From: Lingula anatina
Lineage: Eukaryota > Animalia > Brachiopoda
DNA length: 31,104 bases
Assembly (NCBI GenBank): GCA_051362555.1
Contig: JBPQGU010000011.1
Span: forward strand, 1-31,104
Direction of reading: 5' to 3'
Shown: positions 20,577 through 31,104 of the stretch, piece after piece
Position numbering within the stretch: position 1 is the stretch's first letter
How the letters are laid out: each line of letters starts with the position of its first letter
Translations under genes and position numbers: made by a program
The notes under the pieces: model-generated
Database searches by the model: none
Told to the model about the DNA's origin: nothing
What the model saw: the letters and a program-made list of their open reading frames with translations, nothing else

Positions 20577-21843
20577 GTAGTACTACATGGACTCTCAGCA
20601 TTGAGCTGGTCTCTTGTTACCTCTCTCTCTCTCGTCTCCCCCGTAGATTTTCCACGCAATCGTGCGCTCACACAAACACAGGATCTTTCGCGTCATTTTT
20701 GCCTCATTCTGACGCCGACTGAGGGAAAAGTAAGAAACTCCTTTTGGACTGGAAGAAAGCGCAACAGCAATCTTTATACCAATTGCATGCTTCGTGATTT
20801 TGGTAATGATGTATTTACTGTTCTCATAAATGAACTGAGCCAGAGGATTGTATGCTCAAGCTAATCGTGTGTGTATCTGGTGGCATATTTTTAATTTTGC
20901 TGGTCTTTTTTTGCTCAATGGAAATGACAGTGGAACGTCAGATTTGAGGAGCGTATGCTCTAAACTTGAATAAATGGTATATAATATAGATCGACATTTT
21001 GTACTTTCTGTACCGCACGTCAAATTAGGTATGGTAAATGGAATTTAAAAAATATTTTAAATGGTTTACAGCTGTGAGATGATCATATGTAAACAAAAAC
21101 ACATGCCATGTCATGGAACTCGAGTTAGGACACAATTTTTGACCAATAGTGTACATGTCTACATACACACACAAGAATCCAGTATGAAAAGCGTTTCAAT
21201 GGAAAATTGATAAATCAATATACAAAGCAAAAAATAAATAAAATAAAAATAAATAACTTGGGTAGCCATGCTCATTTCATCACAGTCTAAGGGTTATGTA
21301 TAAGACCAAATTTGTTGACAAATTTGAGACACTTGTTAATCCATTCCCTAAGCTTTTAAAACAAAAACCCCTGAAAGAGCATTTTAATAGACATATTCTG
21401 TAAGATGGACACAAAATTGTCAACAAAACATACATCTTTATCATAAGTGTTTGAATATTTTATATAAAATCAACAAAATTATCATAAATCATTTGCGCCT
21501 CTGTGCGGCAGTGAGATCTACAATTACATGTATATTCACCTTCTTCTCCATCAGAAAACTATTCACTGTACCCAGAAGTTCCTGAATATTGACCATGTTA
21601 TGGCTTTACTTATGATATAAATGAAATCAATGTTTGTCATGTTCAATATGCAGTGTTTACACTATAGGATTATCATATTCTCACTGCTGTTTGGTAATTA
21701 CCAATAAGGATTTACATGTATAATACATTCTAACAATACAAAACTCCACAAATTTATGTACAATCACAAACAACTGATAAATGAATTACACATACCAATA
21801 CAATCAGGTCTTTGAACCTTAGGAATTATATGCACTGCTGCTC

Positions 21844-22127
21844 CCCGCAAGAAAACGCAGTAGTATCGAAGTAGCAAGGAAGCATTAACGCAGTAGTGGT
21901 GTGGAGCATATTTGCAGTAGAAATGCAATATAGCCTACTGCAATTCTACTTCAAAAATTACATAGGGTTGTACAGAGGAGGAGCATTAATGCAGTAGATT
22001 AGCAGCATGATAGAAGCATGTTTCAAATATGCTAATTAGCTTCCACATCGAAGCAGATTTGAAGCATGTTTGCAGTATGATTGCAGTAGTCTACTGCGCT
22101 GGAGTATCTACTTCATTTTCGTGCGGG
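21844..22127. mobile_element. MITE with CCC-start TIRs, 2-bp TSD and internal subterminal repeats (CACTA/EnSpm-like)
   Basis: Left cccgcaagaaaacgcagtag versus right reverse complement cccgcacgaaaatgaagtag. TC on both flanks; many gcagtag/ctactgc/gaagcat motifs inside. Confidence 0.7.
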
Positions 22128-23122
22128 TCGCCTTTGGACAATCTTAAATTTAAACTTCTGAATATCTACTGAGACAGTCAAATAAAGAGCTTTGTCTATC
22201 TATGTCTATTTTCTCCAATTTAATGTACTCACACTGACAGCCAAAATCCTGAAAACGCTCACATACATGTGGTACGATAGGTACCTGTGCTTGCAATAAA
22301 TGGTACATCCATTTATATATATATTTCTACCTCCGATTCTTATAGCCAGTAAGATATAAACTATCCCATTTGTGGTTTTCTGTACTTTAAATATACCATG
22401 TTCATCAGGGGAAAATGGAGAACTATCTGGTTTCTAGTCAAAATCATATTATACTCATAATGAATTAATTATTACAACAGCTGCATTGACACCAGACTCT
22501 TCTCTTTTCAGAGAATAGGATATTACAATTTTCAAACTAAATGACCAACCATTTCAAACTTGCATTTTATCTAAATCTTGTTTACATATTCAAAATACGT
22601 GCGCCCTTTTTGATCTGTATCTAAACCAAACACTTCAATGTAAAATGACTTCCTTTAAGTTTGTAAACAGACAACGTTTAATTTAATGCCCTGTTTGCTT
22701 ACAAATAAACTTTTGAACTGTGTTACTATTAAGTTCTTCTTTAAAATATCACACTGCAGATTAAATAACCAATAAATCTTACCAAAAACCAGACAAAAAG
22801 ACTAAAGCATGACTGCCACTCACCTAATTTACCTGGAATATTTTATTTTACAGACCAGCATATATAATATGTACTGCTGTATTGTATATCCTTGAGGCTT
22901 TGCAGGTATTGTGTACTTTTATATACATAATGACATATACAGTAGTCACATTTTGCTTTCAATGTCTTCAGCACTACCATCAGAATGTAGTTGAAAATGT
23001 CACTTCTGCACTTTTTTTTTTCTTTTGTACAAAATAACCTTATGCACTTATATACATTTTTCTGAACCAGTTTTAATGGTCATCCTCTTTGCATATGCAT
23101 ATTAGCTGAAAACTAACATTCC

Positions 23123-23152
23123 TAATAAATAAATAAATAAATAAATAAATAA
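23123..23152. repeat. (TAAA)n microsatellite in 3' UTR region of zinc-finger gene
   Basis: Direct reading. Confidence 0.85.
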
Positions 23153-23288
23153 AATAAAAATAAAAGCCATATGTTTTCAACTCTCTTTTACAATTTCGTC
23201 ATTCCTTCAGGGTTCTTTTACCTCCTTTCCCTTACAGAAAAGGATGTCTTATTCTGCCACGTTTCATTTGTTATTTTTGTCATCTTCC

Positions 23289-26200
23289 TCATTCATCGTT
23301 TTTCTCCTCGTCCTGGTCCCCTGTGGCCTCCTCATCCTCCTGGAGCATGGCATCCTCATCTATTTCTTCTTCTTTTTCGTCCTCCTCCTCCTCAGCTGCC
23401 TCCTCACCATTGGTGTCCTCCTCAGCCACATCCTCACCTGAAAGTCACAACAGGGGCTACCTTCACAAAAGAACTAGAAGGCGCACAATGAGTGTTAGGC
23501 CTCTACAGAGGAAAAAAACAACAACAAAATTTCATTTTTTCTCCTTAATAACCAATGGACCTCACATGCAAAATTGTTGATAAAATTATTACTCAGTTTT
23601 TGAGTTAATTTTTTTTTTTTTTTTTTTTGTTTGTTTGTTTTTGGGTCACATTCATGATAGAGACAGATAAAGGCGAGTTTCTTGACACCTTCCTCAGAAA
23701 TCAGTTTGCAGGTGTTACTGTTTCCTCTACCCGCAGTTAGCGTCCCCTCCCCCCAACTCTCCTATTTTTTTGCTATTGGGTGAACTATCATAGTAACTGA
23801 AATCAGCCGAAAACTATGGTCTGCGTCGTGCTTTATTCCATGGAGAGTCACAACATGCAGGAAAACGCAGGGCAGACAGAATGTGGCACAACATACAATT
23901 TTCTGCTCAAGCAATGGTTAAGTCTAATTAAAGTACTCATAGCAATTTTTTTACCTAATACTGAGTGCATAAAAACAGCAGATCAAATTCTTATACAAAG
24001 TCCAATTTAAAGTTCAGGTTCATTTACCTTCTTTCCTTGACTCCTCTTTCTCTTTGCTATTCCCAGCCTGTGTATATGAAAACACCATTATTTACTCTCT
24101 CTCAAATCATATTTACAAATAAAGGAATAAATATAAACATTGTAATTCATGCATCAGCATGTACTGCCAAAAATGTATAGTCTGATTTGTATATATATAA
24201 TGATGTATGTGCACAATATAATAAAAGACTACACCAGGATCTTAACATCATGACAATATTTACAAGAGCCTTTATATTCTTGAACAGCACAACAAACATC
24301 ATTCAAATCAAAATCACTGAGAGCAATTTTCCAAGTCTTGCTGATACTAAACCAACTGGAAAAATATCATATCTTTGTTATTATGAAAATCAAATCCCTT
24401 CACAACTTCAGCTTCATAAATCACTTCTCAGTCAACCAATCAGTTATTTGAGCAATTGTTCAAATGATAAATAACAAACTAACAAGGTACTTTAAAATTC
24501 TTTTTTTAAACACCAAATTCATGTGAACTGCTCTAAATGAGAAATATAAAAATACACAAACCTCTGTTGTTTCTGTGCCGTTGGTGCCGGCCTCTGCTGC
24601 TTTCTTAATGGCACTCTGGAATGTTTAGAGTCGATAAATTAAACCCACTGATTGGTAGCGATTTGTCTTCACCAAAGCAAGTTATTACCAAGATCAAGCT
24701 TTAAACAATTTAGTACCATTTTCAGTCCTGTACTCTTACTGATAACACTGTTTTCTTTCAAATTGCCTATACCATTTATAACGATAAGTAAATAAAGTTT
24801 ACCTAGAATATTAAAGTCAAATGTTTCTAATAAACGCAAATATTTCTAATTCTTCGAAATGTCAAATCTATCCAAAATGCATAAAAACCATGTATGTATT
24901 TCAGTTGTAGCGCTCTAGATCTGCATATGGCAAAGTTTTACCTGTTCTTGGATTGGTGGTACAAATATGGACATGTTGTGTTCGGTTTGGCAGTGGTTAC
25001 ATAACTCCCAGCTAGTGGGGAACACTTTCTTACAGGTAGCACATGACACCACAGCTGGTTCACCATCTGAGGGAAAAAAAAAGCATATCTTTTGAAATAA
25101 TGGCCCAATCCTTCGAACTCGACCTGTATTTTATGAATATTCATCAGTTCCATGAGTTTGAAGACAAAAGCCGAAATGTTCTTCCACTGATCGTGTTATC
25201 ACTGAAAGTGCATGGCAACAACGACAACATCAACATCTGTATCTGCACATAAAAAACATCAATGAAAAGCAGGAATTCCAAAAACCCTGACAATATTTCA
25301 GAAAAAGAAAATAAATAATTAAGAATGTTAAAATATTATACTAAAACAGTACAAACATCACTACCAGACCCAAGAAAAGTAACTCTGAGAACAAAGAACT
25401 CATCCAAAATGGCATGAGAGGTTTCGTGTTTAAAATTTCCCAAAGTTCACTTGTCCATGTTTTCACCAATAGAAGGAAAACCATACGGTCAGGGTTTCCA
25501 AGCTTGAAGGGATAACAACTCTTTGTATGAGATTCAAAAATTCCACATTCAATAAATTTTTAACAAGATGTTAACAAGACGTGAAAATGTAATAAATTGT
25601 ATTTTACCACCAAAATTGCAGTTAATCGTTATATCTGGCTATCACGAGACGGTGGAATGTCATTGATTGCTACCCTCTGTAATAATCTCTGAACAGATTA
25701 TTACTAAAACATACTCTTAAAAAAAATTAGATTACATTTAAAGTCTCTGTATGGGAAAATTACCTTTCCTTCAAGATAATTCACTTTATGGCACTTTTCC
25801 AGCCAAAAAGAAGAGTTGTTATCCCTTTGAGATATGTAGCCGAAATAAGTGGTCCCCTGAAAATCCTATCCAGTACTTATCAATTTCTTTTCTTACCAGG
25901 TCTCTTGCATTTACACAGGAACTTCAGTTGACATGTCCGCCGTTTGTGGAGTGCCAGCTCCTCAAAGTCTGTGAAGATCCACTTGCAGTTCCCACAAATC
26001 AAGATGTCTGGACTGTCTGAAGAAAAAATACAGAACGGATCACAAGTGTAGAACAAAAAATTGACAGACGATCAGAGCAAAGCAGATATTTTTTAAAAAG
26101 ACAATTAACACAAAAATCTTTTTAAAAATTCTGCCTGAAAATGTTACAGAAATCTGCATCAAATCTATACCATGAAATATTACTATTTAAAATTATGTAG

Positions 26201-26717
26201 GAAGAGTTCATACAACGTGATATGAGTAGCAAGAAAAGATTAAACTTAATGGTTTCTAAAAAGACTTAACAAATATGAGGCATTAAGTTCACAGCCTCCA
26301 TCCCTCAACCACTTGCTACATGAACTCATTAACACTAAGAAAAAAGGTCAAGTCTCACAGGTTCCCCAATAAACCACATGTTTAACCTCTGTAAAAACAT
26401 TTTGTTTTACCAGCCTAACATGAAATGAATAACATTATCTGGACACTTAGACCCCCCCCCCCCCCAAACACAGACACACACACTACACACACATCTTCCT
26501 ACCATATTTCTGCACTGGTCCTTTGGGCTGTGTGCTGGCAGGCTTCCCGCCCCTGCCCTTGGGGATATTGCTGACCAGTGACACCAGGTTTCTCTTGTTA
26601 ATGGACCCCATGGGGTGGGCCATCCCTGGACGCTGTTTTTTCATGGGAGGGCCTCCTCCTCCTCCACCCCCTCCCATTGGCCCCCGTCCTGGCCCTCCTT
26701 GGCCCCCACCCTGAGAC
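23289..26717 (-). CDS. BCL11-like zinc-finger protein (CCHC finger + one C2H2 finger + acidic tail), 5'-partial; exons 26717-26503, 26016-25897, 25066-24942, 24615-24562, 24067-24028, 23437-23289
   Basis: All six exons have AG/GT sites with compatible phases (2/1/1/0/0/1). Peptide: SQGGGQGGPGRG...QKY-DSPDILICGNCKWIFTDFEELALHKRRTCQLKFLCKCKRP-DGEPAVVSCATCKKVFPTSWELCNHCQTEHNMSIFVPPIQEQ-SAIKKAAEAGTNGTETTE-AGNSKEKEESRKE-GEDVAEED...KNDE*. The two fingers resemble BCL11A ZF0 (DLLTCGQC...HKRKQC) and ZF1 (EPSSYTCTTCK.F.SAW.L.QHAQ..H...IY). Confidence 0.85.
25070..25256 (+). mobile_element. Degenerate 3' fragment of the same HINE family as 4157-5187, intronic
   Basis: ttcgaactcgacctgtattttatgaatattcatcagttc...ccactgatcgtgttatcactgaaagtgcatggcaacaacgac...catctgtatctgcacataaaaaa parallels 4925-5187. 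The left hairpin arm is missing. Confidence 0.7.
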
Positions 26718-27112
26718 CTGAAGCACAAATGTTGATAACATTTTTAATTTTTTTAAATTTTACATTGAAATAAAAAAAAAGAAAAATAAAAAAAGGACTG
26801 GGTGACTGCATCACAATGGATCATGGTCTTCACTTTCAGAAAAAAAATTCTTGGTCTGCTTTTAGTCCAAGAGCCTGCTTCACAAAGTCTGAGAGCTTTT
26901 AGCCTTAGCTTAGACTGCTTAACTTGGATAATCAAACGTGTGGAGTCTAGTTTGCAATAGTGGTGTTAGAGCATTTCACAACTGGCTCCCCATAAATGTA
27001 TTAAATATATCCACATGGACTAATATCACCCCCATGAGCATTAATCATTGTTAAGGCAATTTCAATCCTCTCTGGGGACTTGGTTAAAAACAAAGGTTGA
27101 TTCGCCGTCAAG

Positions 27113-27814
27113 ATGGCAGGATCACGTTCTTCGCAAGCCGTGAACATTTTAGTGATTTTAGTGGTTTTATTGCTACAGTTTACGCCCAGATATGATTCTG
27201 ATGTATTATTAACTTACAGTGACAATTTTGGACATGTGTTTGTGGAATGCCATACGAGTTTGGGTGAGAATTTCGGACTTTTAGGTGCGACATCTTTGCT
27301 GTCGCCAGGGATACCTGAACAAACATGGCGCCGGTCTGTTGTTGCTGAATCGGCAATGTCGACATCGAACTTCTGCTGGCATCACGGGTTCGTATTACTT
27401 CTACTGAGTGGTGACATCCACTTGAATCCCGGACCAGCCAAAAGGAACTACAAATACCCATGTGGAATATGCAGTAAACCAGTAAAGTCCAACCAGAAGG
27501 GACTATGTTGTGATACTTGTGACTACTGGCATCATGTCAAATGTTTGCCGGAAGTGATTTCTGTGTCTAACGCTGAATATGGGAGACTATCAGCAAGTGA
27601 CAGCGATTGGCACTGCTACAATTGTCAATTGCCATCAATCAGTGATTCTTTCTTTGATAACTCAGTATTGGATAGTACACAGTACTCCAGCAGTAGTGAT
27701 GGTGAGTGTGAAAATACTGATTTCTTTGATAACATCAAAAAGGACCATCCCAAAGGGTTTATTGCTGCCTACATAAACATTAAGTTTTCGCCACAAAGTA
27801 ATTCACATCCGTGA
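27113..27814 (+). CDS. LINE polyprotein N-terminus: hydrophobic signal-like segment, 2A-like motif, PHD finger, start of APE endonuclease
   Basis: AVNILVILVVLLLQF; LLLLSGDIHLNPGP; YPCGIC...CCDTCDYWHHVKC...WHCYNC; APE motif I (AAYINI) just before the frameshift at ~27782. Confidence 0.85.
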   Translation: MAGSRSSQAVNILVILVVLLLQFTPRYDSDVLLTYSDNFGHVFVECHTSLGENFGLLGATSLLSPGIPEQTWRRSVVAESAMSTSNFCWHHGFVLLLLSGDIHLNPGPAKRNYKYPCGICSKPVKSNQKGLCCDTCDYWHHVKCLPEVISVSNAEYGRLSASDSDWHCYNCQLPSISDSFFDNSVLDSTQYSSSSDGECENTDFFDNIKKDHPKGFIAAYINIKFSPQSNSHP

Positions 27815-27833
27815 ATCACTGAGACGAGTACCA

Positions 27834-30629
27834 GTGGATCTACTAGGCATAGCAGAAACCAAGGTGGACGACTCATTCCCAGATGAGCAGTTCAGAATTG
27901 ATGGTTACCGGTTGTTTCGACGAGACCGTGATGAAAAAGGTGGCGGTGTCATGGTCTACATCAGGTCGGATATACCCTGTCGTCGGATGAAATGCCATGA
28001 GACCGAAGCTGTGGAAATGATAACCGTGGAGGTAGTGCCTAATAAAAAGTCAAAGTATCTCCTCATGTGCGCTTATAAGCCACCTAGTCTACAAAATGCA
28101 ACCTTTACTGAAGAAATGGCTAACATTTTGGACAAAGCTCACAGTAACTACACCGACATATGTGTGTTAGGTGATCTCAACTTCGATTTGCTACATGACG
28201 CCAAAGGTGAGCCATTAAGAGACTTGTGTGATCAGTATGATTTGGAGCAGCTGATCAAACAACCTACAAATCACACTATTCATGGATCTACTCTTATAGA
28301 TGTGATACTTGTGAGCCGAGCTGACAAATGTGTTAAATCAGCAACCATGAATACAGGATTAAGTGATTCGCATGACATGATATATGTTGTGTTCAAACTG
28401 TTTGCTGCCAGGCTGCCAGCAAAAACAGTGACTTATCGCAATTATAAGCAATTTAACATGGATTTATACATTCAGGAAGTGAACTACATTCCCTATACTG
28501 TGTGTGAAATCTTTGAAGACCCATCTGATAATTACTGGGCTCTTCAAACTATGCTCAGGGAGATTATGGATGAACATGCACCCCTGAAAACTGTCAAAGT
28601 GCGAGCCAAAGAGGCTCCTTTTATGAACAAAACCTTACGAAAGGCTGTGCGAGACAAAAAACGACTGCAAAATAAGTTCAGGAGATTCCCTACAGATGCT
28701 AACTGGGAAAAGTACAGATCTCAAAGAAACCGTACAACTCGCATAAGGAAACAGGCCATAAAGGACTATTTCAATGCCAAGTGCAGAAATGGACCTAAAA
28801 ACTGTGATTTCTGGTCTACGATAAAGCCCTTCCTCACAAACAAAGGGTCCAGCGATGGAAACTCCATCATGATACGAACAGAAAATGCCATTGAGACTAA
28901 GCCGCAGGAAGTAGCCAATGTGATGAACAATTTTTATGTGAATATTGCATCGCAGATTGGGGGTAACCTTGATCTAGATCAAGGGATGACCTCCAATACA
29001 GACTTTGTACAACAGTGTGAAACTTACTTCACTGATCATCCAAGTGTGCAAAATATCAAATCTAGTATGAACAATTGTGATTTCACTTTTGAACATACCA
29101 CACCAGATGATGTAATGAAAATCATTAAGGACATGGACACTACTAAGGCAACAGGTTGGGACAGTGTACCACCGAGATTACTGAAACCTGTAGCTACATG
29201 CCTTAGTCACCACATCACGTCAATCTACAATCAGTGTGTTGATACTTGTGTATTTCCGGATGGTGCCAAACTTGCTGAAGTGGTGCCACTCTTCAAGAAG
29301 GATGACAACCTTATCATGAAAAACTACAGGCCTGTTAGTATCTTGCCTGCTTTGTCCAAAGTACTGGAGAAGATACTTCATCATCAGCTGGCGCCTTTCC
29401 TTCAGCGGATCCTGGATCCCAGGATGGCCGCTTATAGGAGAGGATACAACTGCCAGTATGTGCTTCTTCGCTTGATCGAGGACTGGAAGCAGTCCTTGGA
29501 AAATCGCAACCACGCAGGAGCCATCCTAATGGACCTGAGCAAGGCGTTCGACTGTTTGCCGCACCAGCTCATTATCGCCAAGCTCAGGGCCTACGGCATG
29601 TCGCAAAAAGGTTGTGCCTTGATATGGGCGTACCTTTCGTCACGCAGTCAGAGGGTTAAACTCTCTGGACATGTCAGTGATTGGCTACCGCTGGTAAAGG
29701 GGGTCCCGCAGGGTTCCATCATGGGACCGATCCTCTTCAATGTCTTCATGAATGACATTTACGCAACGATCACCAGAGCGTCGTTATACAACTATGCTGA
29801 CGACAACACTCTAGTCGCTATGCACCCAACCCGACAGGAGGTGATAGAGACTCTAACTACAGAGTCAGAGACTGCCATAAAGTGGTTCAGAGACAATATG
29901 ATGGAGGCTAACCCATCTAAATTTCATGCTATTATGTTAAATGAAACTACAGATAGAAATACTATCAGTATTGATAATGCTAATATCACCACAGAACCAC
30001 ATGTGAAACTATTAGGTGTGAATATTGATGAAAGACTTAATTTTCATTATCATATCAGTGTACTATGTAAGAAGGCAGGTGCTCAACTTAAAGTGTTACA
30101 GAGACTTTCACAGTACCTTGATGAAATGTCTAGACTACAAGTCTTTAGATGTTTTATTTTATCACAGTTTAACTATTGTGCTTTAGCTTGGAACTTTTGT
30201 GGTGCTGTAGATTGTGCAAAGATGGAACGCATTCAGTACAGAGCCTTAAAGTTTGTGTATGATGATTTTGAGTCTAGTTATAGTACATTACTAGAGAAAG
30301 CAGGGTTATCTACTCTTGAGCTTTCTAGGAATAGAGCTGTAATAATTGAAGTGTTTAAATCAGTAAATAAGCTCTCCCCACCTTTCATGTGGGATTTGTT
30401 CAGTGTTAAAGAAGTACCTTACAGCTTAAGGAACTCAAATCAGTTGCTTCAGAAGCACTGCAGGACAAAATGCTATGGATTAAATTCATTAGCCTACAGT
30501 GGTGCTAAACTATGGAATATGTTGCCAGTATCAATGAAAAATTGTAAAGATCTGGACACTTTTAAAGGTATGGTCCAAAACTGGACACCCCAGTCAAACT
30601 GGAAATGTGAATTGTGTGCAAATGTATAG
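27834..30629 (+). CDS. LINE APE endonuclease + reverse transcriptase
   Basis: GIAETK, GDLNFD, TLID, GLSDSHDMI; RT motifs NYRPVSIL, MDLSKAFD, GVPQGSIMGP, YADD, LLGV. The frame is open upstream to ~27783 (SFRHKVIHIRESLRRVPVDLL). Confidence 0.95.
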   Translation: MDLLGIAETKVDDSFPDEQFRIDGYRLFRRDRDEKGGGVMVYIRSDIPCRRMKCHETEAVEMITVEVVPNKKSKYLLMCAYKPPSLQNATFTEEMANILDKAHSNYTDICVLGDLNFDLLHDAKGEPLRDLCDQYDLEQLIKQPTNHTIHGSTLIDVILVSRADKCVKSATMNTGLSDSHDMIYVVFKLFAARLPAKTVTYRNYKQFNMDLYIQEVNYIPYTVCEIFEDPSDNYWALQTMLREIMDEHAPLKTVKVRAKEAPFMNKTLRKAVRDKKRLQNKFRRFPTDANWEKYRSQRNRTTRIRKQAIKDYFNAKCRNGPKNCDFWSTIKPFLTNKGSSDGNSIMIRTENAIETKPQEVANVMNNFYVNIASQIGGNLDLDQGMTSNTDFVQQCETYFTDHPSVQNIKSSMNNCDFTFEHTTPDDVMKIIKDMDTTKATGWDSVPPRLLKPVATCLSHHITSIYNQCVDTCVFPDGAKLAEVVPLFKKDDNLIMKNYRPVSILPALSKVLEKILHHQLAPFLQRILDPRMAAYRRGYNCQYVLLRLIEDWKQSLENRNHAGAILMDLSKAFDCLPHQLIIAKLRAYGMSQKGCALIWAYLSSRSQRVKLSGHVSDWLPLVKGVPQGSIMGPILFNVFMNDIYATITRASLYNYADDNTLVAMHPTRQEVIETLTTESETAIKWFRDNMMEANPSKFHAIMLNETTDRNTISIDNANITTEPHVKLLGVNIDERLNFHYHISVLCKKAGAQLKVLQRLSQYLDEMSRLQVFRCFILSQFNYCALAWNFCGAVDCAKMERIQYRALKFVYDDFESSYSTLLEKAGLSTLELSRNRAVIIEVFKSVNKLSPPFMWDLFSVKEVPYSLRNSNQLLQKHCRTKCYGLNSLAYSGAKLWNMLPVSMKNCKDLDTFKGMVQNWTPQSNWKCELCANV

Positions 30630-31104
30630 CCTAAAAGGCATTCTGGTTTTAAATCTCAGGTAGCCTCTATTTATTTAAATTTTATATCACTATTATAGTA
30701 CTTCACATTAATTTATTTCATTCTGTCGGTGATATTAGCCTGCTATGGCTAGTGTTGTGCTTGTTGGAAAACTGACGTGAAATAAAATTATGTTATGTTA
30801 TGTTATGTTATCAGATTCTCCGAGAAACATATCCTTGTTATCAATATTCAGTTAATCTTTTGTACAACAGGCCCTTGGATAAATAGCACTCTGAAATCTA
30901 GTAACTGCCTGATTGAAACACTGACCATTATCCTTTTTAAGACATTAGGAGGTCTAACATTTTATTCCCAGCAATGAAAATATCTGCTTCCTACACTTCA
31001 ACTTTAGTTAAAAAATATAATCAAAAATAATTACAGCAAAGCTTTACAATACTTACATGCATCAAAATACAGAAATTTGTTAAGCCTATAAAATTTCTTT
31101 AAAT

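Larger units (their letters stand above)
27097..30811 (+). mobile_element. Near full-length CR1-group (CR1/L2/Crack-like) non-LTR retrotransposon, antisense in a probable intron of the zinc-finger gene
   Basis: 5' caagatggc start motif, single polyprotein ORF with one frameshift, AATAAA at 30781 and a (TTATG)n tail at 30788-30811. No TSD seen; 5' boundary approximate. Confidence 0.9.

Noticed and set aside
20371-20864. Short ORFs of 72-116 aa around the Harbinger-like MITE
   Set aside because: They overlap MITE sequence, have no motifs, and are consistent with chance ORFs in locally GC-richer DNA.
23171-23580. Three + strand low-complexity ORFs (Pro/His-, Leu-, Ser-rich)
   Set aside because: They are antisense shadows of the acidic last exon of the zinc-finger gene.
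24938-25153. 71-aa minus ORF MELMNIHK...
   Set aside because: Wrong frame; the real exon 25066-24942 reads as a C2H2 finger in another frame, and the upstream part is HINE sequence.

Overview
AT-rich, intron-containing eukaryotic DNA, most likely from a marine invertebrate (inferred from the repeat types; not provable from the window). Host genes: (1) the 5' coding exons of an unidentified minus-strand gene running off the left edge, with a possible spliced uORF leader; (2) a decayed zinc-dependent alcohol dehydrogenase (MDR) gene, with three exon remnants at 5307-7943 (-); (3) a 446-aa type II membrane DxD (GT-A-like) glycosyltransferase with an intronless CDS, 16980-18320 (+); (4) six exons of a short BCL11-like CCHC+C2H2 zinc-finger gene with an acidic tail, 23289-26717 (-). 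Mobile elements: a 5'-truncated RTE-X-like LINE (~10660-13800); a near full-length CR1-group LINE encoding signal-like peptide + 2A-like motif + PHD + APE + RT (~27097-30811); Helentron-associated (HINE/DINE-like) satellite-bearing elements; and several MITEs. The most unusual object is a 2.5-kb TIR DNA transposon (14018-16546). It encodes a CG-1(CAMTA)-like DNA-binding domain, a SWIM remnant, a coding minisatellite built from its own TIR motif, a Ulp1/SENP-type protease and a PHD finger, and it lacks a DDE core. It is flanked on both sides by short copies of the neighbouring glycosyltransferase gene. All domain calls are by eye; no searches were run.
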